From contig CM059432.1 in NCBI GenBank assembly GCA_030390025.1, positions 147,066,001-147,130,000 of the forward strand: DNA of 64,000 bases, read 5' to 3'. The notes beneath the pieces were generated by a model. It was not told the DNA's origin. It ran no database searches and saw only the letters and a program-made list of their open reading frames with translations. Numbering within the stretch: position 1 is the first letter of the stretch; every line of letters starts with the position of its first letter. The translations under genes and the position numbers were made by a program. This document shows positions 36,901 to 50,204 of the stretch, piece after piece. Origin of the DNA: Squalus acanthias. Its lineage: Eukaryota.

Positions 36901-39470
36901 ATGGCACAACAGGGGAGAGAGTTTGCTCCAAGGTGCTCATACACTGCACTGGAGGTCTTGGTGGAGGCGGGGGTCAGGAGGAGCAAGGTCCTTTATCCAG
37001 TGGGGGCCAGGAGGCCCTTCAGACAAACTCTGTGAAGGCAGTGGGAGCAGGTAGCTGTGGTGGTCAATGACAGACATAAAGCCCTGAGGACCTGGTTGCA
37101 GTGCTGCAAGAAGTTGAATGACCTCACATGAGTGGGTCAAGGTCAGCGAATTCACCTTCAAATGCCAGATCCCACCAATTGCAGCACTAGCCTCACACAC
37201 TGCTCAATGCACCACACCCCCACCACTCACCCACCAACAAACTCTACCAAATGGGACTCATACCTCACAATCATAGCTTCACCTCACCCTCACAAACTTA
37301 GCACTGCTGCAAGCCTCACACCCACATCTCACACCTTGCACACACTGCCAGCTATTCAACCATGACAGGCACATCCACCCAAACACATTGCACCACACTC
37401 ACTGAAACATTTCCCTCTCTCTTGCAGGACAAATTGATACATTACCAGAGGCAGCAGGAGCTAACCAGCGGGGGAGAGGCGTGCCTGCATGACATTACCC
37501 TGATGGAGAAGACGGTGGTCACCATCATTGGAGTGGACATCACTGAGCCTGTGGCCAGTGGCTGATTTGAAACCATCAAAGATGACGGTATCCTCATACC
37601 TAATGCTCCTTCTCAAATCCCACTTCCCCCTCATCACACAATCTCTTCTGATTTACGAGCTGCAGATGGTGTAAGCATGCACCTCTTGCTTTCCCCCCCC
37701 ACCCCTTCCCTCACCACAACCCGACCCTTCAGATACCCAAGAACTGCAACCTGGCCAGGCTGTAATGGCAGAGCAACAGGTAGAAGAGGAAGAAGGCAGT
37801 GATGGTGAAGACACAGCACCATCATTCGATTTCACACTCACAGCCACCAGCTCAGATACAGTGTGCTGGATTTTGATACTGGGGCGGGTTGGGGTTGTGT
37901 CATCCGCATTTCGTGTTATCCACCCGACTGCAATTGGATGTGGGAGATTGATGCGATTTTCACCTAATTGGGCAATTGAGTTCCAGCATGTGGGAACCCA
38001 TGACCCAATTAGTGTTTTCAGTCTGAAAGTCGCCTCTGATGATGTCATCATTACTGCTGCATTGAAGATCTTCAGAGACTGCCTGGCCTTTGCTGTGAGA
38101 GGACCTGGATGCAAAATGAGCAGCAGCACTGAGAGAGAGAGAGAGCCTGAAGAAAAAATGAGCAGCAGCAGCCCTAGGTCTGCTCCCAGATATTTTTCCT
38201 ACTACTACTACTCCGTTGTAATAGTGGACCTGCAGCTGACAGTCAGCTTTCGAAATGTGTTACTGCCAGGTTTCACAATCGTGGTTCAGAACAGGCGTGC
38301 TTCACGTAGAACAAGGGTTAAAATCACAAAGGCCTTTCAAAATGGCATTATAGAGCCAATTTAGTGCTTGTTAAGGGCCTTAACAGCCTATCCCGCCTCT
38401 TAAAGGCGGGACGGAGTCGGGACCAGCAGACACGATTTAATGAAAATTGCGTGGAGGCGGGATGGAGGCGGACTTGTGCCCGCCCACCAGTTTTCACAAT
38501 TTTAACCCCCCACACGCCTCCAAACCCGTCTCCACGGGTCAATGAAAATCCAGCCCAGACACTTTAGAGGATAGCTTAGATGTGGGATCTGCATGTAGTG
38601 AAACACCGCACACGAGTGGCCTGCAGCCAGGGCAGGAGGCGAGGGTAGCACAATTTCCAGCTCCCTGGAAGGTGAGGTTGCACACGATTTCTGTTACAGA
38701 GGACTCAGATGAGGACTACGATGGGGCAGGCTACAGAAAACGTCTGATGGGTCGGCACAGTGAAATGCTTGGTGCATTGAGAAGCCTGCCAGAAAACCTG
38801 AGTGCAATGTCAAGGAGCATGGAGAGGCCGGGCATCAACAGGGCTTTGCGCAGAGCTTGGAGCCCAGCCTTTCCAGCGTGGAAGTGGTGGCGAACTCCAT
38901 TAGCGCACTTGCGGACCCAACCATGCACGCAGCATCTGATAGCCGATGTCTCAGCTTCCATTGCAGCACAAGCAGCAGCCACCTAACGTCTGAGTGCTGC
39001 AGTGGAAGCTCAGACGACTGCTATTGTGGCTGCGGTTACCAGTGTTCAAGGGGCTGGCAGGGTGTCACAGCATTGCAGCAATCTGTCCTCCAACAGATTA
39101 CTAGGATTCTGAGGCGCCGCCCCGGGGGAGTGGCAGTGGCTCCGTGGAGCACAAACCTGCTGTCCTCTCTCAGGGTGACAGCATTCGTCCTCCCACCCTT
39201 GCCTCTCCGCCAGTGCCCTTGCTGTTGTTTGGCAGCCAGCCAGCCCAGACTGCTGCCGCCCATGCAGAGGTGGTGCAGTCCACAGCCGGGTCTTCTAGGC
39301 CCAGAGCTGTCGAGGTCGTCCTCCAAGGCCATCTGCAGTCTCCCCCCCACTGAAAGTCCTTAGCCTTCCACCAGCCATGCTGCAGCCACTGGGGTAGCAC
39401 TGCGTAGGAGCACTAGGACAGGCAAAGGCACACAGAAGACAGGCACTAAGGGAATGCACAAGGGTGATTA
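36901..39470 (+). pseudogene. Harbinger Myb/SANT gene, 3 exons, with a MITE in exon 3
   Basis: MAQQGREFAPR..ALEVLVE..RTWLQCCKKLNDL; acceptors cttgcag (37427) and ccttcag (37732); ends GTKGMHKGD*. Confidence 0.82.
37863..38556. mobile_element. Harbinger MITE, subtype A
   Basis: TIRs gtgctggatttt / aaaatccagccc; flanks AGT/AGA. Confidence 0.9.
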
Positions 39471-39479
39471 GTTTACATT

Positions 39480-41269
39480 TGTAAATCCTCCCTTCCTCTT
39501 CCTCCTCCTCCTCCTGCTCCGCCTCCTCCACCACTGGCCACCAGGTGGCTGGTGGCCAGGGCTGCGTCCTCATGATGGCCAGGTTGTGCAGCATGCAGCA
39601 GACCACCAGGAATCTCCACACCTGCTCTGCCGAGTACTGCAGGGCTCCTCCAGAGCGGCTCAGGCAGCGGAAGCGTTGCTTCTGCTTCGGTGATATTTCG
39701 TGTGGCAGCGTGGCTTTCGTTGTATGAATGCTGCCCATGTGTGCGTGGGTTGCACACCAGAGTCATGAGCCATGTTGTTAATGGATAGCAATTGTCACCT
39801 GAGTGACCACCCTTTGGTTGGTTGTGATGGCATTGCCGCAGAATGAAGGCATCATGACTGCTGCCAGGACACCGGGCAATCAGCTGCATGATGCGCTGAG
39901 TATGGTCGCACACCAACTGGACATTGAGAGAGTGGAATCCCTTTCAGTTGCGGTACATCTCCGAATTTACCCGTGCAGTTAATTGCGCCCTGCGCCATGG
40001 GGAAGCCAACAATCCTCGCAAATCCATGTGTTCGCTCTGCCTGATGCTCTCCAGCCAGAAAGAAGGAAAAGTATTCAGCTCTCTTGGAATACAGAGCCTC
40101 AGTTACGTCCCTTATGCAACAGTGCATGCCAAACTAGGAGATATTGCCCAATATCGCCTGCTCCAGCCTGGAGCAAGCCCAACGCATAAAAGTTCATCGC
40201 CACGGTCACCTTCACAGCCACTGGCCGTGCGGTCCTCGCCCGGCTCTGAGGCTGCAGTTGTGGCTGTAGCAGGTGGCAGATTTCAGTGAGGACATCCTTG
40301 GTGAAGCGCAGATGTCTGACACACTGGGCTGGATTTTGTCTTGGGGTCGGGTTGGGGTCGTGTCATCCGCATTTCGTGTTCCCCCCCCCGACTCCAGATT
40401 AATGTGGATGAATGATGGAATTTTCCCTTAATTGGGCAATTGAGTTCCAGCATGTGGGAACCCATGAACCAATTAGTGGTTTCAGTCTGAAAGTCGCCTC
40501 TGATGATGCCATCATTGCTGCTGCATTGCAGGTCAGAGACTGACTGCCTGGTCTCAGAGACTGACTGGATGTTGGTGAGAGAGGACCTTGCCTGGCTTTT
40601 GCTGTGAGTGGTCCTGGATGCAAAATATATATATGAGAGAGAGAGAGAGAGCTTTTTGCATCCAGGTCCTCTCACAGTCTAAAGACATTGAATGCAGCAG
40701 CATCAGAGGCGACTTTCACACCTAATCACAATACTACTACCTTCATCACATCTCCGTTGTAATAGTGGACCTGCAGCCGATAGTCAGCTATCCACTTGTG
40801 CTCCCGCCAGGTTTCACTGGAGTGTTTCACATCAGGCGTACTTCACGTTGGAAAAGGGTTAAACTAGCTAAAATGTTTCAAAATGGCATTACAGAGCCAA
40901 TTTAGGGCTTGTTAAGGGCTTTAATGTCCTCTCCCGCCTCTTGGAGGCGGGACGGAGTCGGGAACCCCGCGACTGATTTTGTCAAAATTGCGTGGAGGCG
41001 GGATGGCGTCAGGATGGGGTCGGGACCCCCGACCCCGCAACTTTATCCCCCACACGCCTCCAAACCCGACTCCATGGGTCATTCAAAATCCAGCCCACTG
41101 TTTCTCACTGAGCTTCAGGTTGGAGAATTGCTCCCTGAACACCCTGGGCGGATATGGCCCTCGTGCTGAGAGCCCTTCTCCCCCTCCTCCTCCTCCTCCT
41201 CACTCTGCCAGCATCTGCGTCTCCCTGCCATGCTGTTAGGCCAAGTGGAATGCCGATTACTGCTACCAT
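39480..41269 (-). pseudogene. Harbinger DDE transposase, split by a MITE
   Basis: CVRHLRFTKDVLTEIC, VGFPMAQGAINCT, PGSSHDAFIL, KQRFRCL, CCMLHN; poly-Glu tail. Confidence 0.88.
40326..41096. mobile_element. Harbinger MITE, subtype B, full-length
   Basis: TIRs; TSD ACT/ACT, whose removal restores the transposase frame. Confidence 0.92.
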
Positions 41270-42134
41270 GCCTTGGAGCAAGTGGTCTGTGCAGAATCCT
41301 TGAAGACAGGACATTGTCCTTCAGCACCTGCCGCACCAACTCCCTGTAGACTTTGGCAACTTTAAATAAATGTACAAATGACTAAAAAATTCGACAAATT
41401 CAGCAACAGCCAGTAGAACTCAATCAGCAACTAACCTGTAATTAGTTGCTGATCCCTTTAAATAGCGCTGGTGGGGGGTCCTTCCTGCTGCTGAACACGT
41501 GTTCAGCTGTGCGAGCTTAAGAGAGGGAGTTAGCTGGAGCGTGGAGATCCAGAATGGCGATGGTTCACCACTGTCCTTGAAACCTGCTGCCCTTCTAGCC
41601 TGTACGTGACTCCAGACCCAAAGCAATGGGATTGACTGCAATGGCCGAGCAAGCCACTCAGTTGTATCAAACTGCTCGGAAAAACAAACAGAATAAAACC
41701 AGGTGGACCACCCGGCATCGCCCTGGGCACCAGATTCGAAACGAAAGGGCACACAGAGCCCAGTCATCCCTGCAAAGTTCTCGGGCGAGAAATTCGTTTC
41801 GGGCGGTGGCGCAAAATGAGCGGTATCTGATCGGCCGCCCGTTATACACTGCCCCTGATATTTAGTTCCATTGATTGCGTCCAACGGCCGGCTGATCTGA
41901 GAACATAAGAACATAAGAAATAGGAGCAGGAGTAGGCCAATCGGCCCCTCGAGCCTGCTCCGCCATTCAATAAGATCATGGCTGATCTGATCCTAACCGC
42001 CAATCTACTATCTATCACAGAACCATCTCCTGCATCTAACAGAATTGCACACACGAAATAGGAGCAGAATCAGGCTACACAGTCCCTGGGCCCGCTCCAC
42101 TACCCACAGGGCCATGACCGATCCGAACCTAGAC

Positions 42135-45086
42135 TCATGTCCAAATTCCTGCCCGCTCCCCGTAACCCTTAATGCCCTTTACTTCCAGGAAACTGTCTAT
42201 TTCTGTTTTAAATTTAATTAATGTTGTAGCTTCTACAGCTTTTTGTGGCAGCATATTCCATGGACCTACCACCCTCTGAGTGAAGTAGTTCCTCCTCATC
42301 TCAGTTTTGAAAGAGCAGCCCCTTATTCTAAGACTATGTCCCCTAGTTCTCGTCTCACCCGTCATCGGGAACATCCTCCCCGCATCCACCCGATCCAACC
42401 CCTTCACAATCTTATATGTTTCAATAAGATCGCCTCTCATTCTTCTGAACTCCAATGAGTAGAGTCCCAATCTACCCAACCTCTCCTCATATGACCACCC
42501 CCTCATCCCTGGGATTAACCGAGTGAACCTTTTTTGCACTGCCTCGAGAGCAAGGATGTCTTTCCTTAAGTAAGGACACCAAAACTGTATGCAGTATTCC
42601 AGGTGCGGTCTCACCAATACCTTGTACAACTAAAGCAATACCTCCCTATTTTTATATTCTATCCCCCTAGCAATGAAAGCCAACATTCCATTTGCCTTCT
42701 TAATCACTTGCTGCACCTGCATACTAACCTTTTGAGTTTCGTGCACCAGGACCCCCAGATCCCTTTGCACTTCAGTACTCTCCAGTTTCTTGCCATTAAG
42801 ATAATAAATTGCTCTAGGATTTTTCCTGCCAAAGTGCATCACCTCACACTTTCCAGTGTTGTATTCCATCTGCCAAATCTCTGCCCACTTACTTAGCCTG
42901 TCTATGTCCCCTTGCAGGTTTTTTATGTCCTCCTCACTCACTACTTTCCCTCCCATCTTTGTATCATCTGCAAATTTTGATATGTTACACTTGGTCCCTT
43001 CCTCCAAATCGTTTATATAGATTGTGAAGAGTTGGGGACCCAGCACTGACCCCTGTGGAACACCACTAGTTACTGATTGCCAGTCTGAGAATGAACCATT
43101 TATCCCAACTCTTTGCTTTCTGTTAGATAGCCAATCCTCTATCCATGCCAGAATATTACCCCCAATCCCGTGATTTTTTACCTTAAGCAATAATCTTTTG
43201 TGTGGCACCTTGTCAAATGCCTTTTGGAAGTCTAAATACACTACGTCCACTGGTTCCCCTTTATCCACTCTATATGTTACTTCCTCAAAGAACTCCAGCA
43301 AATTTGTCAAACATGACTTCCCCTTCGTAAAACCATGCTGACTTTGTCCTATTAAATTATGATTATCCAAATGTCCTGTTACTGTTTCCTTAATAATGGA
43401 CTCCAAAATTTTACCTACCACAGATGTTAGGCTAACCGGTCTATAGTTACCAGCCTTCTGTCTACTGCCCTTTTTAAATAAGGGTGTTACATTAGCAGTT
43501 TTCCAGTCTGCCGGGACCTTAGCGGAATCCAGGGAGTTTTGAAAAATTATTACCAATGCATCTACAATCCCTACCGCCACTTCCTTCAAGACTCTAGGAT
43601 GTAAGCCATCAGGTCCAGGTGATTTATCCGCCTTGAGTCCCATTATTTTACCGAGTACCACTTCCTTAGTGATTTTGATCGTGTTTAGCTCCTCTCCCCC
43701 TATAGCCCCCTGTTTGTCCAGTGTTGGGATATTCTTAGTGTCCTCTACTGTAAAGACTGATACAAAATATTCATTCAGTGTTTTTGCCATCTCCATATTT
43801 CCCACCATTAATTTCCCGGTCTCATCCTCTAAGGGACCAACATTTACTTTAGCCACCCTTTTTCTTTTTATATAACTATAAAAACTCTTACTATCTGTTT
43901 TTATATTTTTTGCTAATTTACTTTCATAATCTATCTTCCCTTTCTTAATCAATCTTTTTGTTATTTTTTGCTGCCTTTTAAAGTTTTCCCAATCCTCTGT
44001 CCTCCCACTAGATTTCGCTACCTTATATGCCCTTGTTTTTAGTCGAATACTATCCTTAATTTCTTTACTTAGCCACGGATGACTGTCCTTTCTTTTACAC
44101 CCTTTTCTTTTCAGTGGAATATATATTTTTTGGAAGTTGTAAAATAACTCCTTGAATGTACACCACTGATCATGTGTCGTCTTACCCTTTAATCTATTTT
44201 CCCAATCCACTCTACTCAATTCCGCTCGCATACCTTCATAGTCTCCTTTATTCAAGCTTAGCACGCTTGTTTGAGATCCAACCTTCTCACCCTCTAATTG
44301 AATATGGAATTCAACCATGTTATGGTCACTCATTCCAAGGGGATCCTTTACTAGGACATTTTTAATTAATCCTGTCTCGTTACACAGGACCAGATCTAAG
44401 GTTGCTTGCCCCCTGGTCGGTTCAGTTACATACTGCTCAAGAAACCCATCCCTAATACACTCAATGAACTCATCCTCAAGGCAGCCCTGCCCCATTTGAT
44501 TTGTCCAATTAATATGATAGTTAAAATCCCCCATAATTATAGATGTTCCCTTATTACATGCCTCAACTATTTCCTGATTGATACTCCGTCCAATAGAGTT
44601 GCAACTGTTCAGAGGCCTATAGACTACGCCCACTAATGTTTTTTTCCCCTTATTATTCCTTATCTCCACCCAAACTGTTTCATTATCATGATTTTTTGAC
44701 CCAATATCATTACTCTGTATTACAGTGATTCCTTCCTTTATTAACATAGCCACCCCACCTCCCCTTCCTTCCTGCCTGTCCTTCCTGATCGTTAAATAAC
44801 CTGGTATGTTTAATTCCCAGGCATTGTCATCCTGCAGCCATGTTTCTGTAATGGCCACAATATCATAACCATATGTAGTTATTTGTGCCATTAACTCGTC
44901 TATTTTGTTACGAATGCTACGTGCATTCAGATAGAGAACTTTCAAATATGCTTTGTGGCACTTAGTTCCTGCTTTTTCACTTTTTACCAGTTTACCTTTT
45001 ACTCCACACACTCTGTCCCTTCCTGCCACGCTCTGATTTGTGATTCCCCTACTGCTACCTATGTCTATGACCCTCTCTGTTGTCAT
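42135..45086 (-). pseudogene. CR1 ORF2 (APE+RT) with a single premature stop
   Basis: ORFs 42630..45086 and 42135..42629 are in the same frame; TAG at 42632-42630 replaces Gln in VLLQLY. Confidence 0.93.
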
Positions 45087-45124
45087 TTTTATTTTTTGCT
45101 CTCTTGAAACCTCCCCCCCACTAA

Positions 45125-45652
45125 TTAGTTTAAAGCCCTCTCCACAGCCCTAGTTATTCGATTCGCCAGGACACTAGTCCCAGCACTGGCCAAGTGAAGT
45201 CCGTCCCAACGGAACAGCTCTCTCCTGCCCCAGTACTGGTGCCAGTGTCCCAAGAAGCAAAACCCATTTTTCCCACACCAGTCTTTGAGCCACGCATTCA
45301 ACTCCCTGATTTTATTTACCCTAGCCAAATTTGCTCGTGGCTCAGGTAGTAATCCAGAGATTATTACCCTCGAGGTTCTGCTTTTTAATTTGGCCCCTAG
45401 CTGCTCAAACTCCCTCAGCAGAACCTCTTTCCTTGTCCTAGCTATGTCATTGGTACCAACATGGACCACGACAACTGGATCCTCCCCCTCCCACTCCAAG
45501 TTTCTCTCCAGCCCAGAGGAGATGTCCTTAACCCTGGCACCGGGCAGGCAACACAGCCTTCGGGACTCTCGCTCTTGGCTGCAAAGAACCCTATCTATCC
45601 CCCTAATGATACTATCCCCTACCACTACAACATTTCTTTTTACTCCCCCCAC
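45125..45652 (-). CDS. CR1 ORF1 SGNH/GDSL esterase domain, 5'-truncated
   Basis: GDSIIR, PGA, HVGTND and DGLHL blocks. Confidence 0.88.
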   Translation of the reverse strand: MGGVKRNVVVVGDSIIRGIDRVLCSQERESRRLCCLPGARVKDISSGLERNLEWEGEDPVVVVHVGTNDIARTRKEVLLREFEQLGAKLKSRTSRVIISGLLPEPRANLARVNKIRELNAWLKDWCGKNGFCFLGHWHQYWGRRELFRWDGLHLASAGTSVLANRITRAVERALN

Positions 45653-48600
45653 TTGAATGGCCCCCCTTACCCCTTAGAACGCCACCACGCGGGTCGAATT
45701 TCTAGGCCCTCCTCACTAACATCTGGGGACTTGTGCCAAAATTGGGAGGGCTGTCCCACAGACTAGTCACTCAACAGCCTGACAGTCATACTCACAGAAT
45801 CATACCTTTCAGCCAACGTCCCAGACTCCTCCATCGCCATCCCTGGGTATGTCCTGTCCCACCGGCAGGACAGACCCACCAGAGGTGGCGGCACAGTGAT
45901 ATACAGTCAGGAAGGAGTGGCCCTGGGAGTTCTCAACATTGACTCCGGACCCCATGAAGTCTCACGTCATCAGGTCAAACCTCCTGCTGATTTACCACCT
46001 ACCGCACCACCCCCCTCTCCCCCCACCTTTGCTGATGAATCAGTTTTCCTCCATGTTGAACACCACTTGGAAGAAGCACTGAGAGTAGCAAGGGCACAGA
46101 ATGTACTCCAGGTGGGGGACTTCTATGTCCATCACCAAGAGTGGCTCGGTAGCAACAATACTGACCGAGCTGACCGAGTAACTGAGGACATAAATGCCAG
46201 ACTGGGCCTGCAACCGATGATGAGAGAACCAACATGAAGGAAAAACCTACTTGACCTCGTCTTCACCAATCTATCTGTTGCAGATGCATCTGTCCATGAC
46301 AGTATTGGTAAGAGTGACCACTGCACAGTCCTTGTGGAGACAAAGTCCCATCTTCCCACTGAGGACACCCTCCATCGTGTTGTGTGGCACTACCACCATG
46401 CTAAATGGGATAGATTCAGAACAGATATAGCAGCTCAAAACTGAGCATCCATGAGATGCTGTGGGCCATCAGCAGCAGCAGACTTGCATACCACCACAAT
46501 CTGTAGCCTCATGGCCTGGCATATATCTCATTCTACCAGTATCATCAAACCAAGGGACCAACGAGGAGTATAGGAGTATAGGAGTAAAGAGCTAAGCGAT
46601 CCCACAGCCAACGGATCAGATCAAAGCTCTGCAGTCCTGCCACATCCAGTCATGAATGGTGGTGGACAATTAAACAACTAACGGCAGGAGGACGTTCCAT
46701 GAACATCCCCATCCTCAATGACGGCGGAGTCCAGCACATGATTGCAAAAGACAAAACTGAAGCGTTCGCAACCAACTTCAGCCAGAAGTGTCCAGTGGAT
46801 AATCCATCTTGGCCTCCTCCTGAAGACCCCACCACCACAGAAGCCAGTCTTCAGCCAATTTGATTCACTCCATGTGATAGCAAGAAACAGCTGAGTGCAC
46901 TGGATATAGCAAAGGCTGTGGGCCCCGACAACATCCCGGCTGTAGTCCTCTAGACAAGCTGTTCCAGTACAACTACAACACTGGCATCTACTCAACAAAG
47001 TGGAAAATTGCCCAGGTATGTCCTGTCCATAAAAAGCAGCTCAAATCCAAATTGGCCAATTACCGTCCCATCAGTCTACTCTCTATCATCAGCAAAGTGG
47101 TCGACAGTGCTATTAAGCAGCACTTACTCACCAATAACCTGCTCACTGATGCTCAATTTGGGTTCTGCCAGGACTACTCAGCATCGGACCTAGTTACAGC
47201 CTTGGTTGGAACATGGACAAAAGAGCTGAATTCCAGAGGTGAGTTGAGCATGACTGTCCTTGACATCAAGTCAGCATTTGACCGAGAGTGGTATCAAGGA
47301 GCCCTACTAAAATTGATGTCAATGGGAATCAATAGAAAAACTCTCCACCAGGAGTCATACCTAGCACAAAGGAAGATGGTTGTTGTTGTTGGAGGTCAAT
47401 CATCTCAGCCCCAGGACATCACTGCAGGAGTTCCTCAGGGCAGTGTCCTAGGTGCAACCATCTTCAGCTGCTTCATCAATGACCTTCCCTCCATCATAAG
47501 GTCAGAAGTGGGGACGTTCACTGATGATTGCACAGTATTCAGCTGCATTTGCAACTCCTCAGATAATGAAGCAGTTCATGCCTGCATGCAGCAAGACCTG
47601 GACAACATTCAGGCTTGGGCTGATAAGTGGCAAGTAACATTCGTGACACACAAGTGCCAGGCAATGACCATCTCCAACAAGAGAGAGTCTAGCCACCTCC
47701 CCTTGGCACTCAATGGGATTGCCATCGCCGAATGCTCCACCATCAACATCCTGGGGGTCACCAGAAACTTAACTGGACCAGTCATATAAATACTATGGCT
47801 ACATGAGCAGGTCAGAGGCTGGGTATTCTGCAGTGAGTGACTCACCTCCCAACTCTCCAAAGCCTTTCCACCATCTATAAGGCACAAATCAGGAGTGTGA
47901 TGGAATACTCTCCCCTTGCCTGGATGAGTGCAGCTCCAACAACACTCAAGAAGCTCAGCACTATCCAGCACAAAGCAGTCTGCTATATTGGCACCCCATC
48001 CACCACCTTAAACATTCACTCCCTCCACCACTGGCGCACCATGGCTGCAGTGTGTACCATCTACAAGATGCACTGCAGCAACTCGCCAAAGCATCTTCGA
48101 CAGCACCTCCCAAACCCGCGACCTCTACCACCTAGAAGGACAAGGGCAGCAGACGCATGGGAACACCATCCCCTCCAAGTTCCCCTCCAAGTCACACACC
48201 ATCCTGACTTAGAAGTATATCGCCGTTCCTTCATCGTCGCTGGTTCAAAATCCTGGAACTCCCTCCCTAACAGCACTGTGGGAGTACCTTCACCACACGG
48301 ACTGCAGCGGTTCAAGAAGGCGGCTCACCACCACCTTCTCAAGGGCGACTAGGGATGGGCAATAAATGCTGGCCTTGCCAGCAGCACCTGCATCCCATGA
48401 ATGAATAAAATTAAATAGCCTCCTCTGTGCTGTAAAAGTCTATGATGCCCACACCCTTTCCCAACCTGCACAATAATGTTTGTGGATAGTGTGACAGCAG
48501 CAAACTGAAGCATCCCTGCGTGGCATCTCTCTCATCTGAATTTTCAGGTTGCGAATTGAAACGGAGCTTCTGTTTGACGACATTCTCAAGTTTCTGCGGG

Positions 48601-48975
48601 GTGGGTGGGGGGGGGGGGTGGCGGGGTGAAATCACAATACACAGATACACATCTGGAGACAGCTGTTAATGTCAAGGGGAGGTGGCCCACCTTTAATGGG
48701 AGTGTCTGATCAGAATCTGATCGGATCAAGTGTGTTTGGGCTCACACCTCAGTGCTGTAACGTGTTCATTTCATGCAAGAATTGCAGGTGCCCTTTAGAC
48801 ACTAATCAGCCAGTCTGTTCAGTCAGCAAGTCAGACGCCAAAAGCAATCAAAAGCCACCACCATAGTCAGAGGCCAGCTGCCCCCACTCTTTATTTGTGG
48901 CCCTATAAGGTTACTTACCTGCGGTGCTCATTGCCTAGCAACCCCCCTGAACCCCCAGTTACAATGAGAACTATT

Positions 48976-49703
48976 GGGCCATATATTCCGATCCCTACGG
49001 GTGTCTACAAGCTGTGTACACATCCATAGGGACATCAGAAATGCCAGTTTCAGGCACGCGAAGCGCACGCGCTGAAAACCGGCATTTCTGATCTGTCAAG
49101 AATGCTCTTGACAGATCGGACGCCTGCCCTGGAGAAGGGCCTCTGCGGGGGGAGAGTTCCGCTTTCTGGAGAACCTCCGCCCACTGAAAACCCTTAGAAA
49201 TCTTACGCCTGCGTAAGGCCTGCGTAAGGCCTGCTTTTACCAGCATAAGAGTTGTAAAAAGTTAAAAAAAACTTTTAAAAAAGGTAAGTTTATTTTTAGC
49301 CTCGTAAAAAACTTTAATTATTTTTTTCAAAAAATTAAATTTCTGTTTAAAATATTTAATTTTTTGTAATTTGAACTCATTTTAAAAACGTGATTTTTAA
49401 AAACATTATTTAATGTTCTACAGTGTTTTTGGGGTGATCTCCATTCATATATTTGACAGGTCTATCTGTCAAGTGTATGATGGGAGATTCCCTTCTCCTA
49501 TTGGCTCCCCATGGCCCACGTGATCCCAGGGACGCTTGTGAACCGCCTGCGCCCCTGGGCTACGTGGGCCCTGCGCATTTCGAGTTTGGAGAGGCCCAGG
49601 ACCGGAAGTGTCCGGACCTCGGGAGCCCTCGGGTAAGGGCGTAGATTTTTTCCAGTTCGGAGGCCTCCGCACGCAGGAAGTCTCCGATTGGAAAATACGG
49701 GCC
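48976..49703. mobile_element. Harbinger-like MITE with AT-rich core
   Basis: TIRs gggccatatattcc / ggaaaatacgggcc; TSD ATT/ATT. Confidence 0.8.
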
Positions 49704-50204
49704 ATTTTATCTATTGCCTTAGAAATGGCACAGAGCACAGAAAAAAAATGCAGGGGTCTCAGAATGATGCTCCTATATCAATTAAATATTGCCAGGAATG
49801 TGCATCCTGCATTACAGGGGCGGAGACCAGACAGTACTGGTCCTCTCTCAAACTGAGACTCACATGGTGCTCCAGTGAGGAAAATCAGCCCCATCAAGTC
49901 TGGATGTGGATAATTGTTTCAGCAGCAGTCAGAATGAGGCAAGTATGAAGGTGATCGATGTTATGGAGTGGCCTCTGTGTTAGCAGGTTTGTGCAATTTG
50001 AATCTCAGTTCAGAGTCAAACAGGACACCAAGATTGCATGGGAGCTGGTGGTTTAACAGGAGGTAGTTTCCTTCAGGAGTGGAGGGTGTTTGTAAAGGGA
50101 TTCTGAAGTCGGTGATTTTGGCTGATATGTTACCAGGTAGATGAGATGGACTTTGAAAGATAAATGAGAGAGATGGTAAAGGGTGAAATGCTCAAAAGAG
50201 AAGA

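Larger units (their letters stand above)
36593..41550. mobile_element. Decayed autonomous PIF/Harbinger with convergent Myb/SANT (+) and transposase (-)
   Basis: Left TIR gggggctaaattc; both genes present; right TIR not found. Confidence 0.88.
41900..45665 (-). mobile_element. Young CR1 with partial ORF1 and full-length ORF2
   Basis: ORF1 esterase, spacer, ORF2, doubled 3' stem-loop and (ttcttatg)n tail. Confidence 0.95.
41783..45708. mobile_element. Harbinger MITE ends bracketing a large CR1
   Basis: TIRs gggcgagaaattcg / cgaatttctaggcc; TSD CTC/CTC. Confidence 0.8.
41560..48410 (+). mobile_element. Near-complete decayed LINE of the CR1 superclade (Zenon-like; clade uncertain), 5' end split by a MITE and a CR1
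   Basis: GDFYVHHQEWLGS (APE), NYRPISLLS, DIKSAFDR, GVPQGSVLG, FTDD, YKAQIRSVMEY; 3' end ...catcccatgaatgaataaaa. Confidence 0.8.
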
